A DNA stretch of 62,427 bases, counting the filler. It is 8 parts of 8 records of this genome, joined end to end, with 100 filler letters (N's around TTAATTAATTAA, not from the genome) between each part and the next. Parts side by side here need not be neighbours in the genome. Positions count along the whole stretch, not along the records: positions 30,445 to 36,476 come from SRR31156797_46345; positions 36,577 to 42,312 come from SRR31156797_46351; 6 more parts are not named here. One strand, given 5' to 3'. The translations under genes and the position numbers were made by a program. The notes beneath the pieces are model-generated. The model worked only from the letters and a program-made list of their open reading frames with translations. It made no database searches and was not told where the DNA came from. Shown one piece after another: positions 30,623 through 40,117 of the stretch (positions are counted from its first letter, which is position 1; each line of letters starts with the position of its first letter).

Positions 30623-31969
30623 ATGAAAAAAACAATCCTAATCCTAGCGGTAGCATTTTGTTACCAGATTGTTTCAATTGCACAATCAACCAACGAAGCT
30701 CCAAAAATTATAAAAACGGTTCCCGCCATGGGAGACTGTGATGTTGATCCTGAGTTGAAAGAGATTTTGGTTTATTTTGATCAGGATATGGGTGGAGGCA
30801 TGTCAACGATCAATACATCCAATATGCCGAAAAGTAATGGAAGAGCACGTTGGGTGGATAATAGAACCTTCTCGATTCCAGTGCAGTTATATGCCAATAA
30901 GATGTATGCTATTGGATTTAACAATCAAAAATATACTGGATTTAGAAATACTTCCGGAATACCATTAAATCCTGATATGCTTTTTTTCAAAACTCAGTCG
31001 GTTAATTATGTACAATTAAATAAAAAGGCTTACCAAGAGTTGATCGATGTTTTTCCTGGTAAATATTCCTATGCCACAAGAAAAGGAATTGAATGGGAAT
31101 CTATCTTAAAGGAGAAAAAAGAGGAATTGAACAATGCAGAATCAAATGTGGATTTTGCCATTCAATTGTTATCTATATTAAAAAAAGCAGAAGATCCGCA
31201 TTTATGGGTTGAGTTTGAAGGGAATCGTTATAATACGAACCCTTTAAAAATGGTTAGTGCCAATTGCAATAAAAAACTTATTTTCGAAATGCTCCAAAAC
31301 AAAAAACTAAGTAAAGATTTTAAGGTGATTACAGGAACCATAGATAGTATGGCATACATTTATTTTCAGGATTGGAATACTCCCTTGGATCAAATTAAAC
31401 TACAGGCTTGGGGTAATTCCAAAAATCCACAAATTCCATTAGATGAGGTTTTAAAGGAGCTCTTTTCTTACCCAAATTTGATTATTGATGTAAGAGAAAA
31501 TGGAGGCGGTAATGAAAAGAATGCCAAAGCGATTGCTTCGTGCCTGGTAGAGAATGAAGTAGCTTTTGAAAAAGTAGTGGGGTATAATAGCGAAAGTGGA
31601 AAGTTTGATCAGGAACATATTAAAACCATAGAACCTAATAATGGCTCCTTACATTACAAAGGAAAAACGTATGTGCTGTCAGGTCCTTCCGGTATGAGTA
31701 GCAACGAAGCCTTTGTTTTAATGATGAAGGCAGCACCAAACATTGATGTAATAGGGATGAGTACTTACGGAAGTTCAGGCAATCCTCAGCCATACACATT
31801 ATCAAATGGCATTACGCTTTATATTCCATCTTGGCAGGCATATACTTTAGATGATGAGTTAATAGAAGGTAATGGAGTTAAACCAAATATCGAAATCATA
31901 ACCAAACCCGAAGACTTTAAAGATAGAGATGTTCTAATAGAAAAGGTGAAAGAACTAGTAAGTAACTAG
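30623..31969 (+). CDS. Secreted S41-family peptidase with N-terminal Ig-like domain
   Basis: Signal peptide; P.IIKTVP..G..DVDP...I.V.FDQDM; DPHL; IIDVRENGGG; SSNE; TYGSSG; EGNGVKPNI. Confidence 0.85.
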   Translation: MKKTILILAVAFCYQIVSIAQSTNEAPKIIKTVPAMGDCDVDPELKEILVYFDQDMGGGMSTINTSNMPKSNGRARWVDNRTFSIPVQLYANKMYAIGFNNQKYTGFRNTSGIPLNPDMLFFKTQSVNYVQLNKKAYQELIDVFPGKYSYATRKGIEWESILKEKKEELNNAESNVDFAIQLLSILKKAEDPHLWVEFEGNRYNTNPLKMVSANCNKKLIFEMLQNKKLSKDFKVITGTIDSMAYIYFQDWNTPLDQIKLQAWGNSKNPQIPLDEVLKELFSYPNLIIDVRENGGGNEKNAKAIASCLVENEVAFEKVVGYNSESGKFDQEHIKTIEPNNGSLHYKGKTYVLSGPSGMSSNEAFVLMMKAAPNIDVIGMSTYGSSGNPQPYTLSNGITLYIPSWQAYTLDDELIEGNGVKPNIEIITKPEDFKDRDVLIEKVKELVSN

Positions 31970-32011
31970 GTTTATCGAATTTTATTTTAGGAGATTAGAA
32001 AGATATCAAAC

Positions 32012-32040
32012 AAAAAAGCCGCTATTGCTAGCGGCTTTTG
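32012..32040. terminator. Bidirectional intrinsic terminator
   Basis: AAAAAAGCCGCTA-TTGC-TAGCGGCTTTT between convergent genes. Confidence 0.85.
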
Positions 32041-32060
32041 CATTTATAATAGAAATAATG

Positions 32061-34202
32061 TTATTGAGCGATGTCAAGAACTTTTGTATCTGCAGCAACG
32101 GTGTCACCAACGTTTACAAATATTTCATTAACCGTACCGGCATAATCAGTAGTAATGCTATTTTCCATTTTCATGGCTTCCAGAATAATTACTACCTGAC
32201 CTTTATCAACGCTATCTCCAGGTTGTACCTGAATATCAAGAATTTTACCAGGCATTGGAACAGTAACCGCTTTAGTAGGACCAGTAGCTTTAGGAGCAGC
32301 AGCACTTGCCTTTGGTGCTTCTGCAGCAGGAGCAGCAGCTTCATCTACGATGTCCATTAGAGCCGCATCTGCAGCAACAGTTTCTCCTTCTTCTACAATT
32401 AGATTATTTACATATCCTGCATAAGGAGAAGTAATACTGTTTTCCATTTTCATGGCTTCCAATACAGCAACAGCTTGATCTTTCTCTACTTTGTCACCAG
32501 GTTGAACTAAAAATTGCAATACTTTACCAGGCATTGGAACAGTAATTTTCTTACCTGTCACTTGCTTAGCAGCAGCTTTAGGTTGTTCTTTAACTTCCGC
32601 TTTTTCTTCCTTAGGAGCATTGGCTTGTTGCGCTTCCCAGGCAGCTTTTTTCACACCAGTTAAATAACCTTTGGCTACCATTGGGAATAATTCCAATAGC
32701 AATACTTCTTCTTCGTTCTCTGCTAATTTAACACCACCAAAGTCCTCTAATACTGGATTTGGTTGCATTTTATATGTAGATGTATCAAACGGACGCTCAT
32801 CTTTGTGTCCACAAATTTTCTCTCTAAACTCTGGTTTTACCGGAATTGGCGTATCTCCGTACTCACCTTTAACAAGACTGATAAACTGGTTAGAAACGTT
32901 GGTATACATAGCGCTACCTTTCTTAATATCCATCGCACAGTTTACAGCTTGTGCACCTACAATTTGGCTGGTAGGAGTTACCAATGGAGGTAGACCTGCA
33001 TCTAATCTTACCTGAGGAATCAGTTTCATTGCATCTTCCAGAATGTCTTCTGATTTAAGTGCTTTTAACTGAGCCACCATGTTGGTATACATACCTCCAG
33101 GGATTTGCGCATTTTTAACCAGTTCGTTTGGTTTTGGGAATCCGAAATATTTATCAATAGCGTGACAGGCACTAACTAATTCCGGCTCATTTCCTTTTTT
33201 AGCTGCAGCAATAGCTTTATCAAATAAACCATCGATGTCAGCAGGAAGCGTATCTGTTAATGGATTGAATGGTTTTGGGAAATGTTTACCCGCGTCCACA
33301 TCAGCTAATTCCTGACGAATCTTATATAACTCCTCATTAATTTTAGCAACCGCTTCCATGTTTACATCCATCTCAATACCTAGTTTTTTAGTAAACAGGT
33401 AAATTAACTCGATGGCAGGAGCAGCTGGTCCACCAGCAAAGTTCCAAATGTTTGTGTCAACAACATCAACACCAGCAATTATAGCAGCTAAAATAGCAGC
33501 TAAACCGTATCCAGGCGTACAGTGTGTATGGAAGTCAACAGGTACTTTTACATTTTTCTTAAACGAAGAAACCAATTTAGCCACACGCATAGGTGGAATT
33601 AGACCACTCATATCTTTAATGGTGATCATGTCTGCGCCTAACTTCTCTAATTCTTTCGCTTTATTTACAAAATACTCATCTGTAAAAACAGGCTTTGGAA
33701 GTGGTTTTCCTTTTAAAAGTGCTTTATAACGCGCAGCTCTTTTGTATTCCGGATCAATTGTATAACATACTGCACAATCAGCCATACCACCATGTTCTTT
33801 TACATACTTAATGGTTGACTTTACATTGTTAATGTCATTTAATGCATCAAAAATACGCATGATACCAAGACCAGAACTAATGGCATTTTTACAGAACCCA
33901 TCAATAATTTCATTGGTATAAGGAGTATAACCAAAAAGGTTTCTTCCTCTGGATAGTGCGGTTAATTTACTAACATCACCAACAGCTTTTTTAATCGTCT
34001 GAAGGCGAGTCCATGGATTCTCGTTTAGGTAACGCATAACGGAATCAGGTACAGCACCACCCCATACTTCCATTGCGTAAAAGTTAGCGTCTTTGTAAAA
34101 TGGTAAAACGCGATCAATTTGCTCCTGGCGCATTCTTGTTGCGAACAAAGATTGTTGCCCATCTCTAAGCGTTAGGTCTCGAATCAATAGTTTCTTTGAC
34201 AT
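32061..34202 (-). CDS. Pyruvate/oxaloacetate carboxyltransferase (OadA/PycB-like) with two C-terminal biotinyl domains
   Basis: RDGQQSLFATRM, EVWGGA, IKDMSG, HTHCT, PGGM, PPLVTPTSQIVG; two EAMKMEN motifs. Confidence 0.92.
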   Translation of the reverse strand: MSKKLLIRDLTLRDGQQSLFATRMRQEQIDRVLPFYKDANFYAMEVWGGAVPDSVMRYLNENPWTRLQTIKKAVGDVSKLTALSRGRNLFGYTPYTNEIIDGFCKNAISSGLGIMRIFDALNDINNVKSTIKYVKEHGGMADCAVCYTIDPEYKRAARYKALLKGKPLPKPVFTDEYFVNKAKELEKLGADMITIKDMSGLIPPMRVAKLVSSFKKNVKVPVDFHTHCTPGYGLAAILAAIIAGVDVVDTNIWNFAGGPAAPAIELIYLFTKKLGIEMDVNMEAVAKINEELYKIRQELADVDAGKHFPKPFNPLTDTLPADIDGLFDKAIAAAKKGNEPELVSACHAIDKYFGFPKPNELVKNAQIPGGMYTNMVAQLKALKSEDILEDAMKLIPQVRLDAGLPPLVTPTSQIVGAQAVNCAMDIKKGSAMYTNVSNQFISLVKGEYGDTPIPVKPEFREKICGHKDERPFDTSTYKMQPNPVLEDFGGVKLAENEEEVLLLELFPMVAKGYLTGVKKAAWEAQQANAPKEEKAEVKEQPKAAAKQVTGKKITVPMPGKVLQFLVQPGDKVEKDQAVAVLEAMKMENSITSPYAGYVNNLIVEEGETVAADAALMDIVDEAAAPAAEAPKASAAAPKATGPTKAVTVPMPGKILDIQVQPGDSVDKGQVVIILEAMKMENSITTDYAGTVNEIFVNVGDTVAADTKVLDIAQ

Positions 34203-34505
34203 GTTTTTGGTTTGCTACGGTTATTACTGAATTATCTGGCTACAAAAATATAAAATAGCACCATAAAAAAGCAATGAAATAAGCATGTTTATAGGTATTA
34301 TATAACATGAATTTTTTTTTAAAGAAATTTTTCTTTAATATTACAATCCCATTCTATTTATCAGTCCCAACAAGCCTTTTTTACTGACTTTTGTCTTGTT
34401 TTTTATTCAAAAAGCACTGTTTTTCCACTTTATTTTTTCGCAGTAAATATTCTGAAATATTTGTTAACAAATTTTAACCAGAGGATTGCTTCTTTTCTAA
34501 ACTTT

Positions 34506-35348
34506 TTAGGATAATTGAGATTGATGATATTGTATTAAGCCATCCATCGGAGAGGCACTAATTTTACCTGTTTGCAATTCATATTTATTTAATACTATAT
34601 TGAGGATATTTTTAAAATGAAAGGCGATACTTCCGGTAAAATGGATTTTGTGTTGTTTGGCATCTGTGTACTGCAATAAATTTCTTTCTACAAATGCTTC
34701 AAAACCGGAAGAAACTATCCTGTAAATAGGAGGGGAGCTTAAGTGCTCTTTTATAAACGGAGTAAATTGAGCTAAAAATCTATTCGGAAAGTCTTGTTTA
34801 TAAATACGGGTTAATATATCGGCCTGCGTGTAGTTGTATTCTGCAAAAAAGGCGTCTCTAATTTTTATGGGGAATTGATTTTTTAAAAGATCAGCCATAA
34901 ACATTTTACCTAATACAGCTCCACTTCCTTCATCGCCAATAATATATCCTAAAGGAGATATGTTTTCAACAATATTTTTGCCATCATATAGGCAAGAGTT
35001 GGAACCTGTCCCTAATATACAGGCAATTCCTTGTTCTTGTCTGCACAAGGAACGTGCGGCAGCCAAAAGATCGCTGTTAATAGTAATTATGGCCTTATTA
35101 CATAACTGTTGTAGTGCATCAGAAACTATTTTGATTTTATCATCACCAATGCAACCTGCACCATAAAAATGAATTTCCTGTACATCAGAGCAGTTTATAT
35201 TGAAACTGTTTTGCAATTCCAGATAAATTTGTTCACTGCTTTGGTAAAAAGGATTAATTCCTGCCGATATAAACTGGCATTTTACTTTTTGGTTATCAAT
35301 TAAAGCCCAATGTGTTTTGGTAGAACCACTATCTGCAATTAATATCAT
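34506..35348 (-). CDS. BadF/BadG/BcrA/BcrD ATPase-family sugar (GlcNAc) kinase-like protein
   Basis: IADSGSTKT, FYGAGC, ILGTGSNS, GYIIGDEGSG. Confidence 0.88.
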   Translation of the reverse strand: MILIADSGSTKTHWALIDNQKVKCQFISAGINPFYQSSEQIYLELQNSFNINCSDVQEIHFYGAGCIGDDKIKIVSDALQQLCNKAIITINSDLLAAARSLCRQEQGIACILGTGSNSCLYDGKNIVENISPLGYIIGDEGSGAVLGKMFMADLLKNQFPIKIRDAFFAEYNYTQADILTRIYKQDFPNRFLAQFTPFIKEHLSSPPIYRIVSSGFEAFVERNLLQYTDAKQHKIHFTGSIAFHFKNILNIVLNKYELQTGKISASPMDGLIQYHQSQLS

Positions 35349-35450
35349 ACAGTTTTGTTTTAACTCTACAATATTAATTAAAATGTATGAGGAAGCAGAA
35401 TAAGCTAGTTGATTAGCATGTGTAATTAATATATATGCGCCAACGTTATT

Positions 35451-36257
35451 TTACAGGTTCAATATAAATCGATCCACCACTTCAGCAACACCGTCATCAT
35501 TATTAGAAGCCACAATTACATCAGCCTTATCTCTTAATTCCGGTGTTACATTATCAACCCAAACGCCTAATCCGGCAAACTCAACCATGGTTAAATCGTT
35601 TCCGGCATTTCCTACTGCAATAATTTCTTCTTGCAGAATGCCTAACTTACTAGCCAAACGTTTAATACTTGCTGCTTTATCAATACCTTTGGGCATCACC
35701 TCCAAAAAGAAAGGTTTTGAAATAGCTACGCTAAGATTTTTTTTCTCTTCTTTTAGCTTTGGTTCAAAGTCTTTTAAACGAATAGGATCATCCAATAAAA
35801 TACATTTAACAGCCGATTGATTCATTTCGGTTTTAAAGCAGTTTACCTTCTGTAGTGGTAATCCGGTTAATTTATGCTCCACATCGATGTACTCCGAATC
35901 TGTTTCACTGATAATCTGGTTATCCTTATAAGATAAGATATGCAGATTGTTTTCAGTACTGAATTCGTGTAGTTCATGAATTTCGTTTGTACTTAATGTC
36001 TGCTCAAAAATAACCAGGTTGTTTTTTATATCTGTTATAATAGCACCGTTATAAGAAATGATGTACGAACCGAATCTTTGCAAATCCAGTTCTTCTGCAT
36101 ATTGCATCATGGCTTGTGTAGGTCGACCAGAAGCCAATACCACATAAACTCCTTTTTTCTGGGCTTCCATTAATTTCATTCTGTTTTTCTCAGAAATCTT
36201 ATAATCGTCGGTCAGTAGTGTGTCATCTAAATCCAATACAAGCATTTTATACTTCAT
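35451..36257 (-). CDS. Cof-type HAD-IIB phosphatase
   Basis: DLDDTLL, ASGR, YNGA, IDKA, GNAGNDLTM, NNDDGVA; TAnnTTTG promoter element at 36280-36287. Confidence 0.92.
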   Translation of the reverse strand: MKYKMLVLDLDDTLLTDDYKISEKNRMKLMEAQKKGVYVVLASGRPTQAMMQYAEELDLQRFGSYIISYNGAIITDIKNNLVIFEQTLSTNEIHELHEFSTENNLHILSYKDNQIISETDSEYIDVEHKLTGLPLQKVNCFKTEMNQSAVKCILLDDPIRLKDFEPKLKEEKKNLSVAISKPFFLEVMPKGIDKAASIKRLASKLGILQEEIIAVGNAGNDLTMVEFAGLGVWVDNVTPELRDKADVIVASNNDDGVAEVVDRFILNL

Positions 36258-36476
36258 AACATATCATATTAAGAGCGGACAAAAATATAAAAAAAGGAGG
36301 TGCAAATAAATGTGGGAAAGCTGATTTAAGTCTATTTAAGATTTTAAACTAGTTCTATACTTCTTATATACTGTATTTCAATGCCGGGTAATCTCATTAT
36401 AATTATTACAAAGTTGAATATGGAGCAACCGACATCATCAACGCAGCTTGGGACCCACTTTTCTTTATTTTGAAAA

Positions 36477-36576
36477 NNNNNNNNNNNNNNNNNNNNNNNN
36501 NNNNNNNNNNNNNNNNNNNNTTAATTAATTAANNNNNNNNNNNNNNNNNNNNNNNNNNNNNNNNNNNNNNNNNNNN
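36477..36576. other. Artificial contig spacer
   Basis: N44-TTAATTAATTAA-N44. Confidence 0.99.
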
Positions 36577-36917
36577 CCGCCAAACCAGTGACCGGCGCGT
36601 TCGTCTATCATATGCCGTGCCATCTCAGTGCCGTTGGTGATGATGCGGTATCGCTGAAGCTCTTGCAGGGTGTTTTCAAGGTAGATGTCACCAACCTGGG
36701 CGCCGGCTGCTGCGGCCTCTCCGGAACCTTCGGCATGCAGAAGAAGAACTATGAGCTGTCCGACATGATCTCCGACAGTCTCAAAGGGGCAATCAAGGCG
36801 GCACCGACGCGAAACGCCTTGACCGAGTGCGCCGCCTGCAAGATGCAGATCGAGCACATCGCCTCGACGACGGTGACTCATCCGGTCAAGATCCTCGCCC
36901 GGTCCTACGGTCTCTAG
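36577..36917 (+). CDS. C-terminal CCG (GlpC-like) Fe-S domain of a 5' truncated oxidoreductase
   Basis: YHMPCH, GCCGLSGTFG, TECAACKMQI, HPVKIL. Confidence 0.85.
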
Positions 36918-37049
36918 CATCACCGAGCGCACAACTCGTCGCGGTCTGGTCTGGATCGGCTAGCCATGCCTCGTTGCCGTTGATTTCCAGGCGCCAACTC
37001 TGTATAGTAAACCTTCGAATCAGCCAATCCTGTTTACCGGGGATTCGTC

Positions 37050-38084
37050 ATGGATGCTCAAGGCAAGCTCAAACAGGCGGTACTGTGGGAACCGGAGGAC
37101 GATGGCAAGGTCCACTGCCGACTATGCAACTTCCGGTGTGCCATTGCCGATGGCCAACTGGGGCATTGCCGCGTCCGTCAGAACGTGGGCGGGGCGCTGT
37201 ATAGCCTTACGTACGACAAGGTCTGTGCCGCCAATCCCGATCCGATCGAGAAGAAGCCGCTGTTTCACTTCCAGCCGGGCACGCAGAGTTTCTCGATTGC
37301 CACGATGGGCTGCAACCTCCAATGCGTGTTCTGCCAGAACTGGCAGATCAGCCAGGCCGCGCTGGAGGATGGACATCTCGGTGGCGAAGCCATCACGCCT
37401 GAGGAGATCGTCGCCGCGGCGGTGCGCAGTGAGTGCAAGAGCATCGCCTACACCTATACCGAGCCGACGATTTTCATGGAGTTGTGCCACGACTGTGGGC
37501 ATCTGGCAAAGGAACAGGGGCTGGCCAATGTCTTTGTCAGCAATGGCTACATGACCCGTGAAGCCATTGATTTCGCGACCGACTGGCTCGACGGCATCAA
37601 CGTGGATCTGAAGGCTTTCAGTGATTCCTACTATCTGGAATTGTGCAAGGCACGCCTGCAGCCGGTCTGTGATACCATCGCCCATATCGCCAAGCACACG
37701 GATATCTGGATGGAAATCACCACGCTCCTGGTACCGGGCGAAAACGATTCGGAAGATGAGTTGAAGCAGTTGGCGGATTTCCTGGTCTACGCTGCCGGCC
37801 CCGACGTGCCCTGGCATATCAGTCGGTTCCATCCGCAGTACAAATGTCTGGAGTCGCCTGCGACGCCTCTGGAGACCCTTCAACGGGCCGAGCGCATCGG
37901 TAAAGAGGCCGGATTGCGCTACGTGTATTTGGGCAACGTGCCCGGTTCCCGGTCGGAGTGTACCTTCTGCCCGGGTTGCGGCGGTATTGTGATCGATCGC
38001 ACTGGGTATCGGATCAATGCCAATCACATCAAGAATTCCCAATGCCCCGATTGCGGTACGGTAATCGCGGGCGCCGAGCTCTGA
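37050..38084 (+). CDS. amrS: AmmeMemoRadiSam-system radical SAM enzyme (PFL-activase-like)
   Basis: N-terminal CxxCxxxC...C, DPIEKKPLFHF, GCNLQCVFCQNWQIS, YTYTEP, SRFHP, C-terminal zinc ribbon. Confidence 0.88.
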   Translation: MDAQGKLKQAVLWEPEDDGKVHCRLCNFRCAIADGQLGHCRVRQNVGGALYSLTYDKVCAANPDPIEKKPLFHFQPGTQSFSIATMGCNLQCVFCQNWQISQAALEDGHLGGEAITPEEIVAAAVRSECKSIAYTYTEPTIFMELCHDCGHLAKEQGLANVFVSNGYMTREAIDFATDWLDGINVDLKAFSDSYYLELCKARLQPVCDTIAHIAKHTDIWMEITTLLVPGENDSEDELKQLADFLVYAAGPDVPWHISRFHPQYKCLESPATPLETLQRAERIGKEAGLRYVYLGNVPGSRSECTFCPGCGGIVIDRTGYRINANHIKNSQCPDCGTVIAGAEL

Positions 38085-38090
38085 GGGCTT

Positions 38091-39248
38091 ATGAAGATTG
38101 TTGCCGATGCCAATATCCCCTTCGTCCAGGAGTGCTTTTCGTCGATTGCTGATGTCACGGTCCTCGGAGGTCGTGACATGACGCCCGCGGCGGTGGCCGA
38201 TGCCGACGCACTGCTGGTGCGGAGTATCACCCCGGTCAACGAGCAGTTGCTCGCCGGCAGTTCCGTGCGTTTTGTGGGCACGGCGACGATCGGTTTCGAC
38301 CACGTGGACCGCCACTACCTTGACGCGCAGCATATCGGGTTCGCCTCGGCGCCGGGTTCCAACGCCAACTCGGCCGCTGAGTATATCATTGCGGCTCTCC
38401 TGGCCGTAGGTCAGAAGCAAGGGATTCGGCTCGAAGGCAAATCGATCGGCGTCGTCGGCGTCGGCAACGTGGGCGGCCGTGTGGCGAAGAAGTGTGAGGC
38501 GCTGGGCATGCGCGTCCTGCGCAACGATCCGCCACTCCAGCGCCAGACCGGCAGTCCGGTCTACGTTTCCATCGAAGCGTTGTATGATTGTGATTTCATC
38601 ACGTTCCACACGCCTCTGACAAAGGACGGGATCGACAAGACGTATCACCTGGCCGATGAGGCGTTCTTCGCCTCCTTGAAGGAAGAGGCGGTTGTGCTCA
38701 ACGCGTCGCGCGGAGCCGTGGTCGATTCGCAGGCCCTCGCGGCTGCGATTGACGATGACCGTCTCGGGCCGGTCGTGCTGGACGTTTGGGAAGACGAGCC
38801 CAACATTGACATCGCATTGCTCGATCGGGTGATGCTCGGCTCGCCGCACATCGCGGGCTATTCGTTCGACGGCAAGATCGCCGGTCTGATCATGATCTAT
38901 CAGGCGGTCTGCGAGTACTTCGGCCTGGAGCCCAAATGCCAGGCGGCGGACTTCCTGCCCGCTCCGGCGGTGCCGGAAATCGGTCTGGGGGCCGTGCCGG
39001 AAGATGACGAAGCGGCGCTGGCTCAGGCGGTGCAGCAAGTCTACAGCGTGCAACGGGACGACGAGAACCTGCGGCCGATTGCCCAGGAGCCGTCGGAGGC
39101 GAGGGGGGCCTTCTTCGATGCCTTACGAAAGAGCTATCCAGTGCGACGCGAGTTCCAGAATACGACCGTCACTGTGGATGAACCGGGTGGCACGGTGGTG
39201 CGCAAGTTGCTGGGAATCGGCTTCAAAGTGAGAGGGCGGTCGTCATGA
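38091..39248 (+). CDS. pdxB: Erythronate-4-phosphate dehydrogenase
   Basis: MKIVADANIP, LLVRSIT, TATIGFDH, GVGNVG, FHTPL, LDVWEDEP, PHIAGYS, FDALRKSYPVRRE. Confidence 0.93.
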   Translation: MKIVADANIPFVQECFSSIADVTVLGGRDMTPAAVADADALLVRSITPVNEQLLAGSSVRFVGTATIGFDHVDRHYLDAQHIGFASAPGSNANSAAEYIIAALLAVGQKQGIRLEGKSIGVVGVGNVGGRVAKKCEALGMRVLRNDPPLQRQTGSPVYVSIEALYDCDFITFHTPLTKDGIDKTYHLADEAFFASLKEEAVVLNASRGAVVDSQALAAAIDDDRLGPVVLDVWEDEPNIDIALLDRVMLGSPHIAGYSFDGKIAGLIMIYQAVCEYFGLEPKCQAADFLPAPAVPEIGLGAVPEDDEAALAQAVQQVYSVQRDDENLRPIAQEPSEARGAFFDALRKSYPVRREFQNTTVTVDEPGGTVVRKLLGIGFKVRGRSS

Positions 39249-40096
39249 AAACGGCAGCGGATCGTCTGCTTCAATGGCCCAACGGCAAGCTGGAATTTTC
39301 CGGTGGTTGCCTGGTCATGGGGGTGCTCAATGTTACGCCCGATTCGTTCAGTGATGGCGGACAGTTCCTTGACGCTGAGCAGGCAATTGCGCACGGCCGG
39401 AAGATGGTTGCCGAGGGAGCCGCGATCATCGACGTCGGTGGCGAATCGACGCGGCCCGGTTCCGAACCGATCTCCACAGCCGAACAGATTCGACGCGTGG
39501 TCCCGGTGATCGAGGGACTGCGCAGGCAGGTGGAGGTCCCTATCAGCGTCGATACGTGTGATGTGGAGGTGGCCCGCGCGTCGCTGGAGGCCGGCGCCGC
39601 GGTCGTCAACGATATTACCGCCTTGGCGGACGAACGCATGGCGACTTTGGTGGCCGAGTCTGAGGTGCCGGTTGTGCTGATGCACATGCAGGGGACACCC
39701 GCCACGATGCAGAGCGAGCCGCACTATGATGACGTGGTGGGAGAGGTCCTGCACTTTCTGCTCGAACGCGCGAAAAGGGCCGAATCGTGCGGCGTTCCCA
39801 GCGAGCGGATCGTCATCGATCCCGGAATCGGCTTCGGCAAGACCCTATCCCACAGTCTTTCGCTGCTCAAGTACATCGACCGATTCGTCGCGACCGGCTA
39901 CCGTGTCCTGGTGGGCACCAGCCGCAAACGTTTCATTGGGAGTCTCACCGGTCGAGCGGAGCCACAGGATCGGATTTTCGGCACGGCTGCCACCGTGGCG
40001 CTGTGCGCCGCAGCCGGCGTATCCATCGTTCGCGTACACGACGTTGGTGCCATGCACGACGTGGTACGCGTCACTGCTGCCGTGCAGGACGCCTAG
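39245..40096 (+). CDS. folP: Dihydropteroate synthase
   Basis: MGVLNVTPDSFSDGG, GGESTRPG, DPGIGFGK, SRKRF, RVHDV. Confidence 0.96.
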   Translation: MKTAADRLLQWPNGKLEFSGGCLVMGVLNVTPDSFSDGGQFLDAEQAIAHGRKMVAEGAAIIDVGGESTRPGSEPISTAEQIRRVVPVIEGLRRQVEVPISVDTCDVEVARASLEAGAAVVNDITALADERMATLVAESEVPVVLMHMQGTPATMQSEPHYDDVVGEVLHFLLERAKRAESCGVPSERIVIDPGIGFGKTLSHSLSLLKYIDRFVATGYRVLVGTSRKRFIGSLTGRAEPQDRIFGTAATVALCAAAGVSIVRVHDVGAMHDVVRVTAAVQDA

Positions 40097-40117
40097 GGTC
40101 GCGCCGGTTGTCCCGCG

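Noticed and set aside
37122-39053. 643-aa minus-strand ORF
   Set aside because: Antisense shadow of amrS/pdxB in GC-rich DNA; no recognisable domain.
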